This document shows, one piece after another, positions 39,959 through 51,192 of a DNA stretch of 64,000 nucleotides. The notes beneath the pieces were generated by a model. That model ran no database searches, was not told the DNA's origin, and saw only the letters and a list, made by a program, of their open reading frames with translations. The stretch covers positions 2,560,001 to 2,624,000 of the forward strand of contig OY969763.1 in NCBI GenBank assembly GCA_963702845.1, given 5' to 3'. Every line of letters starts with the position of its first letter. Position 1 is the stretch's first letter. The position numbers were made by a program, and so were the translations under genes. Origin of the DNA: an uncultured Verrucomicrobiae bacterium. GTDB taxonomy: Bacteria > Verrucomicrobiota > Verrucomicrobiia > Limisphaerales > Palsa-1400.

Positions 39959-40756
39959 ATGAAATTACGCTGTTTTAAACAATCAAAGCCCATCATCGGC
40001 ATGATCCACGTCGGCGCTCTGCCGGGCACGCCGCGCAATCGGGAACCGTTGAGCAAGATCATCAAGAGCGCGGTCGCGGAAGCGAAGATTTACCGGCAGT
40101 GCGGCATCGATGGCATCGCAATTGAAAACATGCACGACGTGCCCTTTTTGCGCAGCGCGGTCGGCCCGGAGATTACGGCCGCGATGGCTTTGGTCGGAGC
40201 AGCGGTGAAGACGGAGTTCGGCGGGTGTGTGGGCGTGCAGGTTCTGGCGGGTGCGAATAAGGAAGCGATGGCGGTGGCGCACACGGCAGGACTCGATTGG
40301 GTGCGCGCGGAAGGTTTCGTTTTCGGGCATGTCGCGGATGAAGGCTACATCGAATCGTGCGCGGCGGAGTTGTTGCGTTATCGCAAACAGATCGGCGCGG
40401 AGAAGATCGAGGTTTGGACGGATATCAAAAAGAAACATTCTTCGCACGCGATCACGGCTGACGTGTCGCTCGCTGAGACGGCGCATGCGGCGGAGTTTTT
40501 TGACGCCGACGCGGTCATCGTTACCGGAAACATGACCGGCGCTTTGCCCTTGCCTGATGATTGCCAGGCGGCGCGGGATGGTTGCGAGTTACCGGTGGTG
40601 ATTGGCTCAGGGATCGACGAGCAAACTGTGCGCGAATTTTTGCACATGGCCGATGCGTTTATTGTCGGCTCGTATTTTAAGAAAGATGGGAAATGGTCTA
40701 ATGGCGTTGAAGCCAAGAGAGTAAGTGGGTTGTTGAAGGCGGCGCGAGGTCGGTGA
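39959..40756 (+). CDS. BtpA/SgcQ family TIM-barrel protein
   Basis: IGMIHVGALPGTP, IENMHDVPF, DIKKKHSSH, IVTG, IVGSYFKKDG. Confidence 0.92.
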   Translation: MKLRCFKQSKPIIGMIHVGALPGTPRNREPLSKIIKSAVAEAKIYRQCGIDGIAIENMHDVPFLRSAVGPEITAAMALVGAAVKTEFGGCVGVQVLAGANKEAMAVAHTAGLDWVRAEGFVFGHVADEGYIESCAAELLRYRKQIGAEKIEVWTDIKKKHSSHAITADVSLAETAHAAEFFDADAVIVTGNMTGALPLPDDCQAARDGCELPVVIGSGIDEQTVREFLHMADAFIVGSYFKKDGKWSNGVEAKRVSGLLKAARGR

Positions 40757-40763
40757 CTTTTTC

Positions 40764-40788
40764 GGAGTGCGCCCGTCTCGGGCGCAGC
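40764..40788 (+). repeat. GGAG-type REP-like hairpin between convergent genes
   Basis: GGAG-TGCGCCCG-tct-CGGGCGCA. Confidence 0.45.
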
Positions 40789-40822
40789 AACGTAAAACTC
40801 ACCGCGGGGTTAATTCGAACGT

Positions 40823-42461
40823 TCAGTCGATGCTTGGCACTGCTGCGGGCGAGGTCCCCGTCCGCACTCCGGAAACCGTTTCAGTATGCGCGGCTGTCGC
40901 GGCTCTGCTGCCCTTGGTGAAGGACAGCACGAAGATCATCGCGGCGAGCACTAGGTAAGCGGAGGTGAATTGGTATGGCACAAGGCGCGTGGGATCGGTG
41001 AGGTGCCATGGGAAATACATGTTGCCGTCGGGCATGGCCGAATGGATGACGCCGAAGAATGTGAACGCCGCGAGGACGAAACAGTAGATGACGGCTTGTC
41101 GTAACGTGCCGTTGATGAGGCAAGCGATGAGCGCGCCCCAAAGCATGCCGGTCAATATGAAACCGTTGCCGAGCGCGACGATGATTTGCAAATCGGGCAA
41201 ACCTTTTTCCACTTTGACAATCAGGGTGGCGAAGGTCGCGGCAGGCAACCACATGCCTAATTTGATTTGGAGCAGTCGAGCGACAGTTGGGAAAAAAGAG
41301 AACGCAACGGCCGGCGCGTGTTTTGGTGGTGAGGCGAGGAACGCCTGGCAGATGATGTCCAGCGCGACGAAGATCAGAATGGGCGCGAGCACGGCGCGCG
41401 GGATGAGGTCGACGATGAAGCTTAGATAGCCGAGGATTCCGCCAAGACCAACGAAGACTCCAGTGAAAATCGTGTAGCCTATGCGGCTGCCCATCGCTTT
41501 GTACGCCGGTTGGCCGATGTATGGTGTGCTTTGCGCAACGCCACCGAAGACGCCGGCGAGCAACGTCGCGCAGGCTTCGACAAGGAGAATGTCGCGGGTC
41601 TTGTAGTCGTCGCCAGCGACGCGGGCACTTTCGTTGACGTTAACACCGCCGACGACGGTGAGCAGTCCGAACGGAATGGCGATGGGCAAATATTTGAGTG
41701 CCTCGCGAAAACCGTGGACGAAGCCGAGTGTTGGCTGTGGCATTGCGAAATGGAGGTTATCCATTTTCGGATGCGCCATCTCGACACCCCAAATGCCAAA
41801 GTGGCCGAGCGCATAATATATAATGGTGCCGAACCCGACGGCGATGAAGCACGCCGGGCGCATTGCCGGGCAATCGGCGTTGCGCGACGAGGTTGTAGAG
41901 GATGAGGCCGAGTGAAATCATCCCGACAACCGGCAGGCTGAAAATATCCTGCAGCGGCAGGAAGCCGATGAGCGCGAGGCCAATGCCGGCGAGTGAACCG
42001 AGCAGGCCGGCTTGTGGAACGATTTTTTGGACCCAGCCGCCAAAGAACGAGAGCACGAGTTTGAGCGTGCCGATCATGATCATGGTGGCCATGCCGACTT
42101 GCCATGTGAGAATGGCAGCGTCGTGTTCGGCCATGCCGCGTTGTTTCAGCGCGACAAAGCATGGCCCGAGAACCGTGAGCGCGAGACCGATGGTCGATGG
42201 AGTATCGAGCCCAAGCGGCATGGCGGTGACATTGGGGTTGCCGGTGCGCTGGCGCAATTTCACCGCCATCCAGGTGTAACAAAGATTGCCGAACAAAACC
42301 GCCAGCGCGGTGCCGGGCAGCATGCGTTGATAAACGATGTCAGCAGGGAATTGAAAAGCGAAGATGAGAATGCCCGCGAGGAACGACAAAACGGTGACGT
42401 TGTCAAACATCAGGCCGAAGAAGCCGTTGACGTCTCCCGCGGCGAACCATTTTTTGTTCAT
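40823..42461 (-). CDS. NCS2/AzgA-like nucleobase permease, one +1 frameshift near 41848
   Basis: GDVNGFFGLMFDN, TAMPLGLDTPST, NVNESARVAGDDY, TPYIGQPAYKAMG; many TM helices. Confidence 0.85.
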
Positions 42462-42587
42462 GTCGGTTGGAGTTATGACGTGTCGTTTCTTAACACTACG
42501 CGCGCATCGGGTCAATTGACGATTGACGGTGACGCGAGCCGAGGCGTAGTCTCGGAAACGTCCCATAAGTGTAATTAACGACTGTTT

Positions 42588-43439
42588 ATGAAAAAAGTTT
42601 TAAAAAACGCTTCGTTGCTCATCGCGCTCGCCATCATTGGTGGCTGTTCTGAACAAGCCACCAACGATTCTCCGGCTGCAGACAAGGACAGCGTCGTCCT
42701 TCGCGGCTCGAACACCGTCGGCGAAGAACTCGCGCCGCGATTGATCCAGGAATATTCGAAGGCACATCAGGGCGTGAAGTTCGACACGGAGTTTAAAGGC
42801 TCCAGCTACGGACTCGGCGCGTTGATGGTGGACCGTTGCGACGTGGCGGCAACTTCGCGCGTGGTGAACACAAACGACGTCGCGTTCGGCAAAGATCGCA
42901 ATGTTAATTTCGAAGACCATTCGATTGGCGCTTACGCGGTCGGCGTCGTGGTGAATGCGCAAAATCCGACGGCGAATTTGAGCCGCCAACAGGTACACGA
43001 TATTTTCGTGGGCACCATCAAAAACTGGAACGAAGTCGGCGGACCGGATGCGCCAATCAATATTTATATCCGTAATCCTGTGTCCGGCACGCATATGGGA
43101 TTTCAGGAATTGGCCCTGGGCACAAATTCGTATGCGCTGAATGCCAAGACGTTCATCGATTACAAGGCGCTTGTGGCGGCGATCAAAAATGATCCAAACG
43201 GGATTGGCTATTCCAGCCTGAAGACGGCAACAGAAGGCGGCGCGAAATTGGTTTCGGTCGACAACATCGCACCAAGTGACCAAGCGGTGCAAAAGGGTTC
43301 ATATCCTTACGCGCGCGGCTTGCACCTCTACACCAACAAGAATCACGACAAAAAAGCGGCGTTGGACTTCATCAATTACGTGACCTCGGCGGACGGGCAG
43401 AAGGTGCTCGCCGAAATGGATTTTGTTCCGCATTCTTAA
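42588..43439 (+). CDS. pstS: Phosphate ABC transporter substrate-binding lipoprotein
   Basis: Lipobox IIGGC, GSNTV, GSSYG, SGTHMGF, NGIGY, YPYARGLHLY. Confidence 0.8.
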   Translation: MKKVLKNASLLIALAIIGGCSEQATNDSPAADKDSVVLRGSNTVGEELAPRLIQEYSKAHQGVKFDTEFKGSSYGLGALMVDRCDVAATSRVVNTNDVAFGKDRNVNFEDHSIGAYAVGVVVNAQNPTANLSRQQVHDIFVGTIKNWNEVGGPDAPINIYIRNPVSGTHMGFQELALGTNSYALNAKTFIDYKALVAAIKNDPNGIGYSSLKTATEGGAKLVSVDNIAPSDQAVQKGSYPYARGLHLYTNKNHDKKAALDFINYVTSADGQKVLAEMDFVPHS

Positions 43440-43442
43440 GGC

Positions 43443-43883
43443 GTGTCCGCAAAGCATCTGTTACCTGAAATCAAGCCGGCGCCGCCTCATGGACATTGGG
43501 TCCGTTTTTTGCCGGACGAAGAACCGGTGCTCGTGCAGAAGGGCCACTGGATTGGCTTCGATCTGGATGGGACGCTAAGTCGCACGGATAATCCCGGGCA
43601 TTTCGAACCGCCCTACCCGATCGGTGAACCGTTCTCTGAAATGTTGGACGTGGTGAGCGCGTTAAAGAATGCGGGTGTGCAGGTTAAAATTTTCACCGCA
43701 CGCGCCTGTGAACCAAGCAACGTGCCATTGGTGAAGGCTTGGGCGCAAAAGCACGGCCTGGGTGATCTCGATGTAACGCACCAGAAGGATTACGATTTAT
43801 TGCGCTTTTACGATGATCGCGCGATTCAAATCCGTTGGCCGGGCACGATGATTACCAGCCCCCTCAAGAGCCAGCACGTTTAA
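43443..43883 (+). CDS. Small HAD-superfamily phosphatase-like protein
   Basis: WIGFDLDGTL (motif I), KIFTAR (II), K (III), YDDRA (IV). Confidence 0.75.
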   Translation: MSAKHLLPEIKPAPPHGHWVRFLPDEEPVLVQKGHWIGFDLDGTLSRTDNPGHFEPPYPIGEPFSEMLDVVSALKNAGVQVKIFTARACEPSNVPLVKAWAQKHGLGDLDVTHQKDYDLLRFYDDRAIQIRWPGTMITSPLKSQHV

Positions 43884-43923
43884 CCGCACACTGCACAAGA
43901 TTCTTGGCAAATGGCGGGTCGCA

Positions 43924-46894
43924 ATGTTGAATGACGCGATGAAATGTTGGTTTTGTGCCCTACTGCTTTCTCCGATTCTCGCGCTTGCCGCCGAGCTTTC
44001 CGATAAAGACCTGCCGCGTTATCCTGCGATCCCGTGCGACAAGGCCGTCGAGTCAATCAAGATCAAGACCGGTTTCAAAGTCGAGCTCATCGCGTGCGAG
44101 CCGTTGGTGACAGACCCGATTGCGCTCTCGATCGATGAGAACGGCAAGATGTATGTCGTGCAGATGAATGATTATTCTGAGTTGCGCGACGTTCATCCGC
44201 ACCTCGGCAAAATCGTTGTGCTAGAAGATACCGATGGCGACGGCAAATACGACAAGTCGCACGTGTTTGCGGATGATTTGCCGTGGCCGACGGGCGTGTT
44301 TTGTTACGACGGAGGAATTTTCGTCGCGGCTTCGCCCGATATCATTTACTTGAAGGACACGAAAGGCACGGGCAAGGCGGACGTTCGCAAAGTCATCTAC
44401 AGCGGATTTGGCACGAAGAAAGATAAGTTGAACGTGCAAGCGCTGGTTAATGGATTTAATTGGGGTTTGGACAACCGAATTCATGGTTTGGCGGCGGGCA
44501 ACGGTGGTTTTGTGACGAATGTTGCGCTCCCGAACTCAAAGCCGCTCGACTTGGAGCGCCGCAATTATTCTTTTAACCCGCACACTTACGAATGGCGCGC
44601 GGAAGCCGGCGGCGGACAGTATGGACTGGGCTTCGACTCGCGCGGGCGCAAGTTCACGTGCAGCAACGCCGACCATATCGACACGTTCATGTATGAGCTT
44701 CGATATGATCGCAACCCGCTTTATTCCATGCCGGCGTCGATGGTGTCGATTCCGGTCGACGGTGGAGCCGCGGAAGTTTTTCGGATCAGCCCTGAAGAAC
44801 CGTGGCGGCAGGTTCGGACGAAGTGGCGCGTCAGCGGTGTGCATCCAGGGATGATTGAAGGCGGGGGCAAGGCTTCCGGTTATTTCACCAGCGCGTGCGG
44901 CATCACGATGTATCAAGGCGATATGTTCCCGGATGGATTTGAGGACAACGCGTTCATCGCGGAACCTTCGGGCAATCTTGTCAGCCGGAAACTGGTCTCG
45001 CACGTTTCGCCGGAGACGGTCGCGCTAAAAGCGGAACGCGCACCTGACGAAAAAACGAATGAATTTCTGGCGTCGCCGGATTTGTGGTGCCGCCCGGTGC
45101 TGTTCGCAAATGCTCCCGATGGCAGCCTTTATCTCATCGATATGTATCGCGAGATCATCGAGCACCCGTGGTCCTTGCCTGAGGAGTTGAAGGCGAAGTT
45201 GGACCTCAACAGCGGCAATGATCGTGGCCGCATCTATCGGATTATACCGGACAACTTTAAACAACGTCCGTTCCGTCCGTTGGGCAAAGCGTCCACTGCT
45301 GAACTCGTGTCGACTTTGGACGATGCGAATGGTTGGTATCGCGATACGGCAGCGCGTTTGCTGTACCAACGGCAGGACAAATCCGCGGCTCCTGCGCTCG
45401 CGAAATTGTTGATGGATGGCAATCGTTATGGACGGTTGCACGCGTTGCACGCCCTGGATGGATTGGGTGTGTTGCGCCAGAGCCACGTCATTGCTGCGAT
45501 GGGCGATTCGGATTGGACAGTGCGAGCGCATGCGATCGAGCTTTCGGAAAAGTTTTTGAAAAAGCCGAGCACACAGCTTTGGACGCGACTGGCGTCGTTG
45601 ACTTCGGACAGCTCGCCTGAGGTGCGTTATCAATTGGCGTTCACGCTCGGCGAGACAACCAAGCCGGAACGAATCAAATTGTTGGAAGAGATTATCGCGC
45701 GCAGCCCATCGGATTCGTGGATGCAAGCAGCGGTGTTCAGTTCGCTGGCACAGGGTGCCGGTGAAATGTTCACGATGGCGGCGGCTGATCCGCAGTTTCG
45801 CGATGGCGGGAAGGATTTTATCCGCCAACTGGTCGAGTTGATCGGAGCGAAGAATAATTCGGATGAAGTGAAGCAAGTGATTGGCTATCTCGCGTCTGGC
45901 AACGATCCGGCGTTGAGTTTCGCGGCGGTGCGAGGGCTTGGCAAAGGACTGCAACGATCGGGGACTTCTCTGGCGGCAGTCGATACGGATGGAAAGATGG
46001 CGACGATCATGAAATCGGCTGAGGAAACAGTCGCGAATTCACAGGCTGACGCGAAGCAGCGCGTGCAGGCGATTCAACTTCTCGGCGAAACGAGCTTTGA
46101 TCGTGTGGGCACGAAACTTCTTTCGTTGTTGAATTTGGATGAACCCGAGGCGGTGCAGTTGGCGGCGTTGTCGACCGTGGCGAAGTTTTCAAATCCGCAG
46201 ATTGCATCTGACCTGACGAATCGTTGGGCAACGCTGACGCCGCGCGTGCGGGCCGAAGCGCTGAACGTGTTACTGTCACGCCCGCAACGCGCGTTGGTGT
46301 TGCTACAGGCGGTGCAGGGCAAGATCGTTGGCCGCGCTGAACTCACGACTGCGCAAATCAAGTTTTTGAACAATAGCCGCGACAAGAACGTGCGCACGGA
46401 AGCGCAGAAAGTTTTGGCCGGACTAAATGTGGCTAAGCGCCAGGATGTCGTGAACCAATTTATGCCTGCGCTTAGCCTAAAGGGAGACGCGGCGCACGGT
46501 AAGAAACTGTACGAAGAACGTTGTTCCTCGTGCCATCGTCTCGGCGGCGAAGGGCATGCACTTGGGCCTGACCTGGTCACGGTGCAGGCGACCGGCAAAG
46601 AGAAAATGCTCGGAAACATTTTGGATCCGAACCGCGAAGTGGCGCCGCAATTCCAGGCTTATGAAGTGGAGTTGAAAGATGGCGACAGCTTGATTGGGTT
46701 GGTCGGCAATGAAACGGCTTCGAGCATCACCGGTACGACAGGCGTTCGGCAAAGAAGAAGTTGTGCCGCGTTCGAACATCGCGCGTATTCGTAATCAAAA
46801 TCAATCGCTCATGCCCGAAGGGCTTGAAGCGGGTTTCAAACCGCAAGACGTCGCGGATTTGTTGGAATACGTTTCCACCGCGAAAGGGAACTAA
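43924..46894 (+). CDS. PVC-type heme-binding CxxCH protein (propeller + HEAT + cytochrome c), +1 frameshift near 46730
   Basis: LEDTDGDGKYD, GGGQYG, PDGSLYLIDMYR, GRIYRI, CSSCH, GPDL; the shifted frame ends SLMPEGLE. Confidence 0.9.
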
Positions 46895-46901
46895 CGCGTT
46901 C

Positions 46902-48494
46902 ATGAACGCGGACTCGGGCAAGAACGCTTTGATCGTTTTCGAGGACGAGCATTTGCTGGTGATCAACAAACCAGCCGGGCTCAACACTCACGCGCCGAGT
47001 CCGTACGCAGGTGAGGGCATTTATGAATGGCTCAAGAACCGTGAACCTCGTTGGGCGCGGCTCGCGATTATTCATCGGCTCGACAAAGATACTTCGGGGC
47101 TGATGGTGTTTGGGAAATCCAGCATTGCAAACAAATCCCTGACAGCGCAGTTCGCCACGCGGCGTGTTCGTAAAGCTTACATTCTCGTCACGGACAAACC
47201 TGTCTCGTTTCAGCAGTTCACGGCGCGAACTAAACTCGTTCGGATCAACGAACGTTATGCGAGCAGTAAGGAAAAGGGGGATTTGGCTGAGACAGTGTTT
47301 CGAAAACTTCCGCCTCAGAATGACAATCCGTGCCTGACGTGGGTTGAAGCACAGCCGCTCACAGGGCGCACGCATCAGATTCGGGTTCACGCGACGGAGA
47401 AAGGGTTTGCGATTTTGGGCGATCCAATTTACGCCGGGTCCCCTGCTCCACGGCTGTGTTTGCATGCAGCAGAATTGAGCTTTGAACATCCAGCTACTCG
47501 GAAAATTGTCAGCTTCAAAGCCGAACCGAATTTCTTCGAAAACCCACGGCTTGCGATTCGGCAGCAGCTAATCGATCCGCAATTGACGAATGCGTTTCGT
47601 GTCATCCATGGCGCCGCCGACGGCAATGCCGGTTTGTTTGTGGAACGATTTGGCGATTGGTTGCTGGCGCAATCGGAACGGCCTCTTACGTCGCAACAGC
47701 AGACACAACTGGCAACGCTCCTGCGCGATCTGTCGTGCCGGGGCGTTTATCACAAGCTGCTCAGGAAAGAAGTGCAGAAGGCCGGGTCGGATGCGTCGCC
47801 ACAGCTCATTTGTGGTGATGCCGCGCCAACGCAATGGACGATTCGCGAAAATGGAGTGCAATACGCCATTCGCTTCAGCGAAGGTTATTCGGTTGGAATT
47901 TTTCTGGATCAGCGCGACAACCGTCGCCGATTGCAAAGCGGATACATTGCGCCGGAATTTGCGTTGCCGGCTCGAGGTGAAATTCTGAATTCATTCGCAT
48001 ACACGTGCGCCTTTTCTGTGGCGGCCGCGAAGGCAGGCCATCGTGTAACCAGTCTTGATCTGTCACGAGGCTATCTCGAATGGGGCAAAGAAAACTTCCA
48101 ATTAAACGGCCTCGACCCTGCGCAGCACGACTTTATTTATGGTGACGCATTCGATTGGTTTCGGCGGCTGGCGAAACAGAATCGGCTGTTTGATGGGGTG
48201 TTGTTGGATCCGCCAACCTTTTCGCGGTCGAAGGAAGGGACGTTCCAGGCTGAAAAAGATTACGGGAAATTGGTCGCGGCGGCGCTGCCACTAATTAAGC
48301 GCAACGGCGTGCTATTTGCTTCGACGAATGCAGCGAAGTTGAAGCCGGAAGACTATTTGAAAAGCATCGCGCAATCGGTCGCCAGCGCGAACCGCAAGAT
48401 CGTGCAGCAGCACTATGTCCCGCAAACACCGGATTTCCCGATTACTCGGGAGCAGCCGGGTTATCTGAAGACGGTTTGGATGCGCCTGAGCTGA
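46902..48494 (+). CDS. RluA-family pseudouridine synthase fused to an RlmI/RlmK-like SAM methyltransferase
   Basis: INKPAG, HRLDKDTSG, TGRTHQIRVH, LHA; then GIFLDQRDNR, LNSFAYTCAFS, LDPPTFS. Confidence 0.9.
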   Translation: MNADSGKNALIVFEDEHLLVINKPAGLNTHAPSPYAGEGIYEWLKNREPRWARLAIIHRLDKDTSGLMVFGKSSIANKSLTAQFATRRVRKAYILVTDKPVSFQQFTARTKLVRINERYASSKEKGDLAETVFRKLPPQNDNPCLTWVEAQPLTGRTHQIRVHATEKGFAILGDPIYAGSPAPRLCLHAAELSFEHPATRKIVSFKAEPNFFENPRLAIRQQLIDPQLTNAFRVIHGAADGNAGLFVERFGDWLLAQSERPLTSQQQTQLATLLRDLSCRGVYHKLLRKEVQKAGSDASPQLICGDAAPTQWTIRENGVQYAIRFSEGYSVGIFLDQRDNRRRLQSGYIAPEFALPARGEILNSFAYTCAFSVAAAKAGHRVTSLDLSRGYLEWGKENFQLNGLDPAQHDFIYGDAFDWFRRLAKQNRLFDGVLLDPPTFSRSKEGTFQAEKDYGKLVAAALPLIKRNGVLFASTNAAKLKPEDYLKSIAQSVASANRKIVQQHYVPQTPDFPITREQPGYLKTVWMRLS

Positions 48495-49770
48495 GGCGCT
48501 CACGAGTCATCGATTGGGAAATAAAACTTGGACCTTTGGGAGCGCTCGATTTTCTAACAAAGAAAATGATTAGACCAACCAACAGCGCCAACACTCCAGA
48601 TCCGGCCGCGATCCACATTGTTTTCGGTTGAGCGGGAGTGACGACGGCTTGAGCGGGCGTGACCGACGGTGCAGACGCGGTTGTCGGCATTGCCACGGCG
48701 GAATTTGACGCGGGCGCAGACGCTGCGGCAAGGGGTGTGTTTATTTTAGCAACAACGGCGACGGGAGCGGAGGTTGCGGTAGCAGGCTGCGTGATGGGAA
48801 CAACCGCATTCGATTGGACTGACGGTGGTGTCACAGCTATGGGCTTTGCAACAGTCGTCGGTGTTACGATAGGAGCGTTCGTCGTGCTCTCTGCTTTTGC
48901 AACGGCAGCAGCGTTTGTCGCGGACTGCTGTGTCACTGGAGTGGCGGTGACAGCATTGGTTTGCGCTGCTTGAACAGCGGCGATTGCGGCATTCGACTTC
49001 TGTTGAATCAAATCGGGTGAAGGACCGACGTGAATAATCAGCGGCGGTTTTTTCTCCAGGGGGGCTGGGGCGACTACTTCGGCTGGGGCCGGAATGCTTT
49101 GAGGCACCTGTGAAGCGGCGGTTTCTTTTTCCATCACTTCAGGTAGCCGGATTTTAGCGTCTGCGGGGTTAACCGTAAAATCGGCCAGCGCACCTTTGCG
49201 TACTGCGAGGAGCGTCACGAATGGAATGTGTTGTTTACGAAAACCGTCGCGGAATTCTTTTTGTAACTGATCAATTTCGTTATCGAAGGGCAGGCCGGTG
49301 AGACGATCATTCCCAGTCGTTATCCAGATGATCGTCAACTTTTGTGAAGCTTTGACGATGTTTTGCAATAGAGGCAAGGCTTTGCTGAGGTCAGAACGAT
49401 GGACAAATTTTTGCTTGGACATCCAGAACTCGATGGCGCTCTCGACATCTTGAACATGCTCGTTTCGCCAGATGACCATTGGGAAATCGGTGGTCAACTT
49501 GTCATTGTAGGTCCACAGGCCAACCGTATCGCCATACTTCATCTGGCCATTCAGTCCGGATTCAATGATGGAACGAATAGATTTTCTTAGGACCGTCTTG
49601 TCGGCATCCATCGCCTGGCTGGTTTCGATGAGGAAAAGAAATCGACCTCCCTGTTTCTCGGGAACAGCTTTTTCAGGCGTCGTTGTTTCGGGGGCCGCAA
49701 AGAGTGACACACGCAGCCCGATGAAGAGCGCGGCGCAAAGGAGGTAAAGGCAAAACCGTAGGTTCTTCAT
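48442..49770 (-). CDS. Secreted vWA-like domain protein with Pro/Ala/Thr linker and C-terminal TM anchor
   Basis: Signal peptide, 'RFLFLIETSQAM...GDTVGLWTY', long PAT-rich stalk, TM 'WIAAGSGVLALLVGLIIFFV'. Confidence 0.7.
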   Translation of the reverse strand: MKNLRFCLYLLCAALFIGLRVSLFAAPETTTPEKAVPEKQGGRFLFLIETSQAMDADKTVLRKSIRSIIESGLNGQMKYGDTVGLWTYNDKLTTDFPMVIWRNEHVQDVESAIEFWMSKQKFVHRSDLSKALPLLQNIVKASQKLTIIWITTGNDRLTGLPFDNEIDQLQKEFRDGFRKQHIPFVTLLAVRKGALADFTVNPADAKIRLPEVMEKETAASQVPQSIPAPAEVVAPAPLEKKPPLIIHVGPSPDLIQQKSNAAIAAVQAAQTNAVTATPVTQQSATNAAAVAKAESTTNAPIVTPTTVAKPIAVTPPSVQSNAVVPITQPATATSAPVAVVAKINTPLAAASAPASNSAVAMPTTASAPSVTPAQAVVTPAQPKTMWIAAGSGVLALLVGLIIFFVRKSSAPKGPSFISQSMTRERLSSGASKPSSDNPAAPE

Positions 49771-50237
49771 TTGGGCATTTTGAATTTCTGGCGCTCGCGC
49801 CGATTTCGGTCAGTGATTTCCCGCTGCTGTTCTTTCAATGCGCTCTCGATATCCTGGATAAAATTCAGACAGCTCGAGGCCATGCCGCCGAAGGATAGAA
49901 CTGTGTCACGCTCTTTGAAATCATCGGTCACCACCAATACTTCGCCGTATGCGCCAAGGCGCGTTGCGACTCGTTCGATGATGTCGTCGGCGGTTTGGCC
50001 GGCGCCTGAATAGAGGACTTCCAGTTCGGGCGTGGAAATTGGTTTGGGAGTTCCGGGCGGCGCCCCTGCTCCATCAAACACAATGGTGATGGGAGTGCCG
50101 ATGGCGTCGCGATACTGCGTGAGCCAATGGATCAACTCATCACGGGCCGTAGCGGAATGCCGCGCCTTGCCGGGCGCGAGTTCCGGCCAGTTGTGCAGCA
50201 GGCTATAGCCGTCGACGAGTATGCGCACCAGTGGCAT
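49767..50237 (-). CDS. NYN-domain (YacP-like) RNase
   Basis: ILVDGYSL, IVFDG, TADDIIER, VVTDD. Confidence 0.88.
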   Translation of the reverse strand: MPLVRILVDGYSLLHNWPELAPGKARHSATARDELIHWLTQYRDAIGTPITIVFDGAGAPPGTPKPISTPELEVLYSGAGQTADDIIERVATRLGAYGEVLVVTDDFKERDTVLSFGGMASSCLNFIQDIESALKEQQREITDRNRRERQKFKMPK

Positions 50238-50589
50238 GCAGCATGGTATGCCGGATTTGCCCGAGAGAATAGAGATTTTGCAAAAAGCAGCATTTGTGAG
50301 GGAACGCCGTTCAACGCAGTCGGCAACCTTGCGATGGCCAATTGCCGCACTACGCCTAGTTTCCAAAATTAGAAGAATTGATAAAGTCGGAGTCGACCCA
50401 AGGGAAGAGACGGAGGGTAATGTGCAGTTTAGAGAACAGGGATGGTCGGGAATTGAAAAAGTTGAATTAGCTGTAATCGTCGCACTTGCGTCATTGCTTT
50501 TGTATTTAATCGTGACGTAAACGAAGTGTTTTCATAGACAAAGCCAGCATCGGCACATACGATGCCGCGCAGAAGTCGCAGCCGCGTCT

Positions 50590-51189
50590 ATGAGTATCGA
50601 ACTGCAAGAAAAAGTGCTGGTTGTTCCCAGCGAAATCATCAATTCGCTTTGTCCGAAGCCGTTTTCGCGGAATACCGAGGGCGTCATCGATGCCGCGATT
50701 AAAAACGCGCAGTTTCTCGCGCGCAAAATCGCCGAGACAGATTTCAATTTTAAACAAATAATTCCATACGTGCTGGTTCGGCATGAGAACTGTTACGTGT
50801 TGATGCGGCGCACGACCAAACAAACGGAAGCGCGCCTGCACGATAAATATTCCATCGGCGTCGGTGGTCATATCAATGACGAGGACATGGCGAAGGGAAT
50901 TGAGAACATCATCCAGCACGGGATGCGGCGCGAGATTGAGGAGGAGATGCTCATCAAATCAGAGCAGTCGTGCGAATTGGTTGGTGTCATCAATGACAAT
51001 TCCAGCGAGGTATCCCGCGTCCACATGGGGCTGGTTTACGTGCTGACCACGGGTACGGCGGAGTTCGAGATCGCAGAGAAGGACAAATACACTGCGAATT
51101 GGGCGAGTTTAGAAGAGATGGCTGCGGTCTACGACAAGATGGAATCGTGGACGCAGATTGTTTACGACAATTTGTTGAAGCGAAGCTAG
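50590..51189 (+). CDS. NUDIX-family predicted phosphoesterase
   Basis: AETDFNFKQIIPY, EARLHDKYSIGVGGHIN, REIEEE, VHMG, ESWTQ. Confidence 0.85.
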   Translation: MSIELQEKVLVVPSEIINSLCPKPFSRNTEGVIDAAIKNAQFLARKIAETDFNFKQIIPYVLVRHENCYVLMRRTTKQTEARLHDKYSIGVGGHINDEDMAKGIENIIQHGMRREIEEEMLIKSEQSCELVGVINDNSSEVSRVHMGLVYVLTTGTAEFEIAEKDKYTANWASLEEMAAVYDKMESWTQIVYDNLLKRS

Positions 51190-51192
51190 AAG

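Noticed and set aside
14294..46894. Programmed frameshifting or true pseudogenes for the split genes
   Set aside because: The indels are scattered across unrelated genes without consistent slippery sites and the motifs are otherwise intact; sequence error is more parsimonious.
48442..48494. 53-bp convergent overlap as a regulatory feature
   Set aside because: Short tail-to-tail overlaps are common, and this one could also result from an indel in an error-prone sequence.
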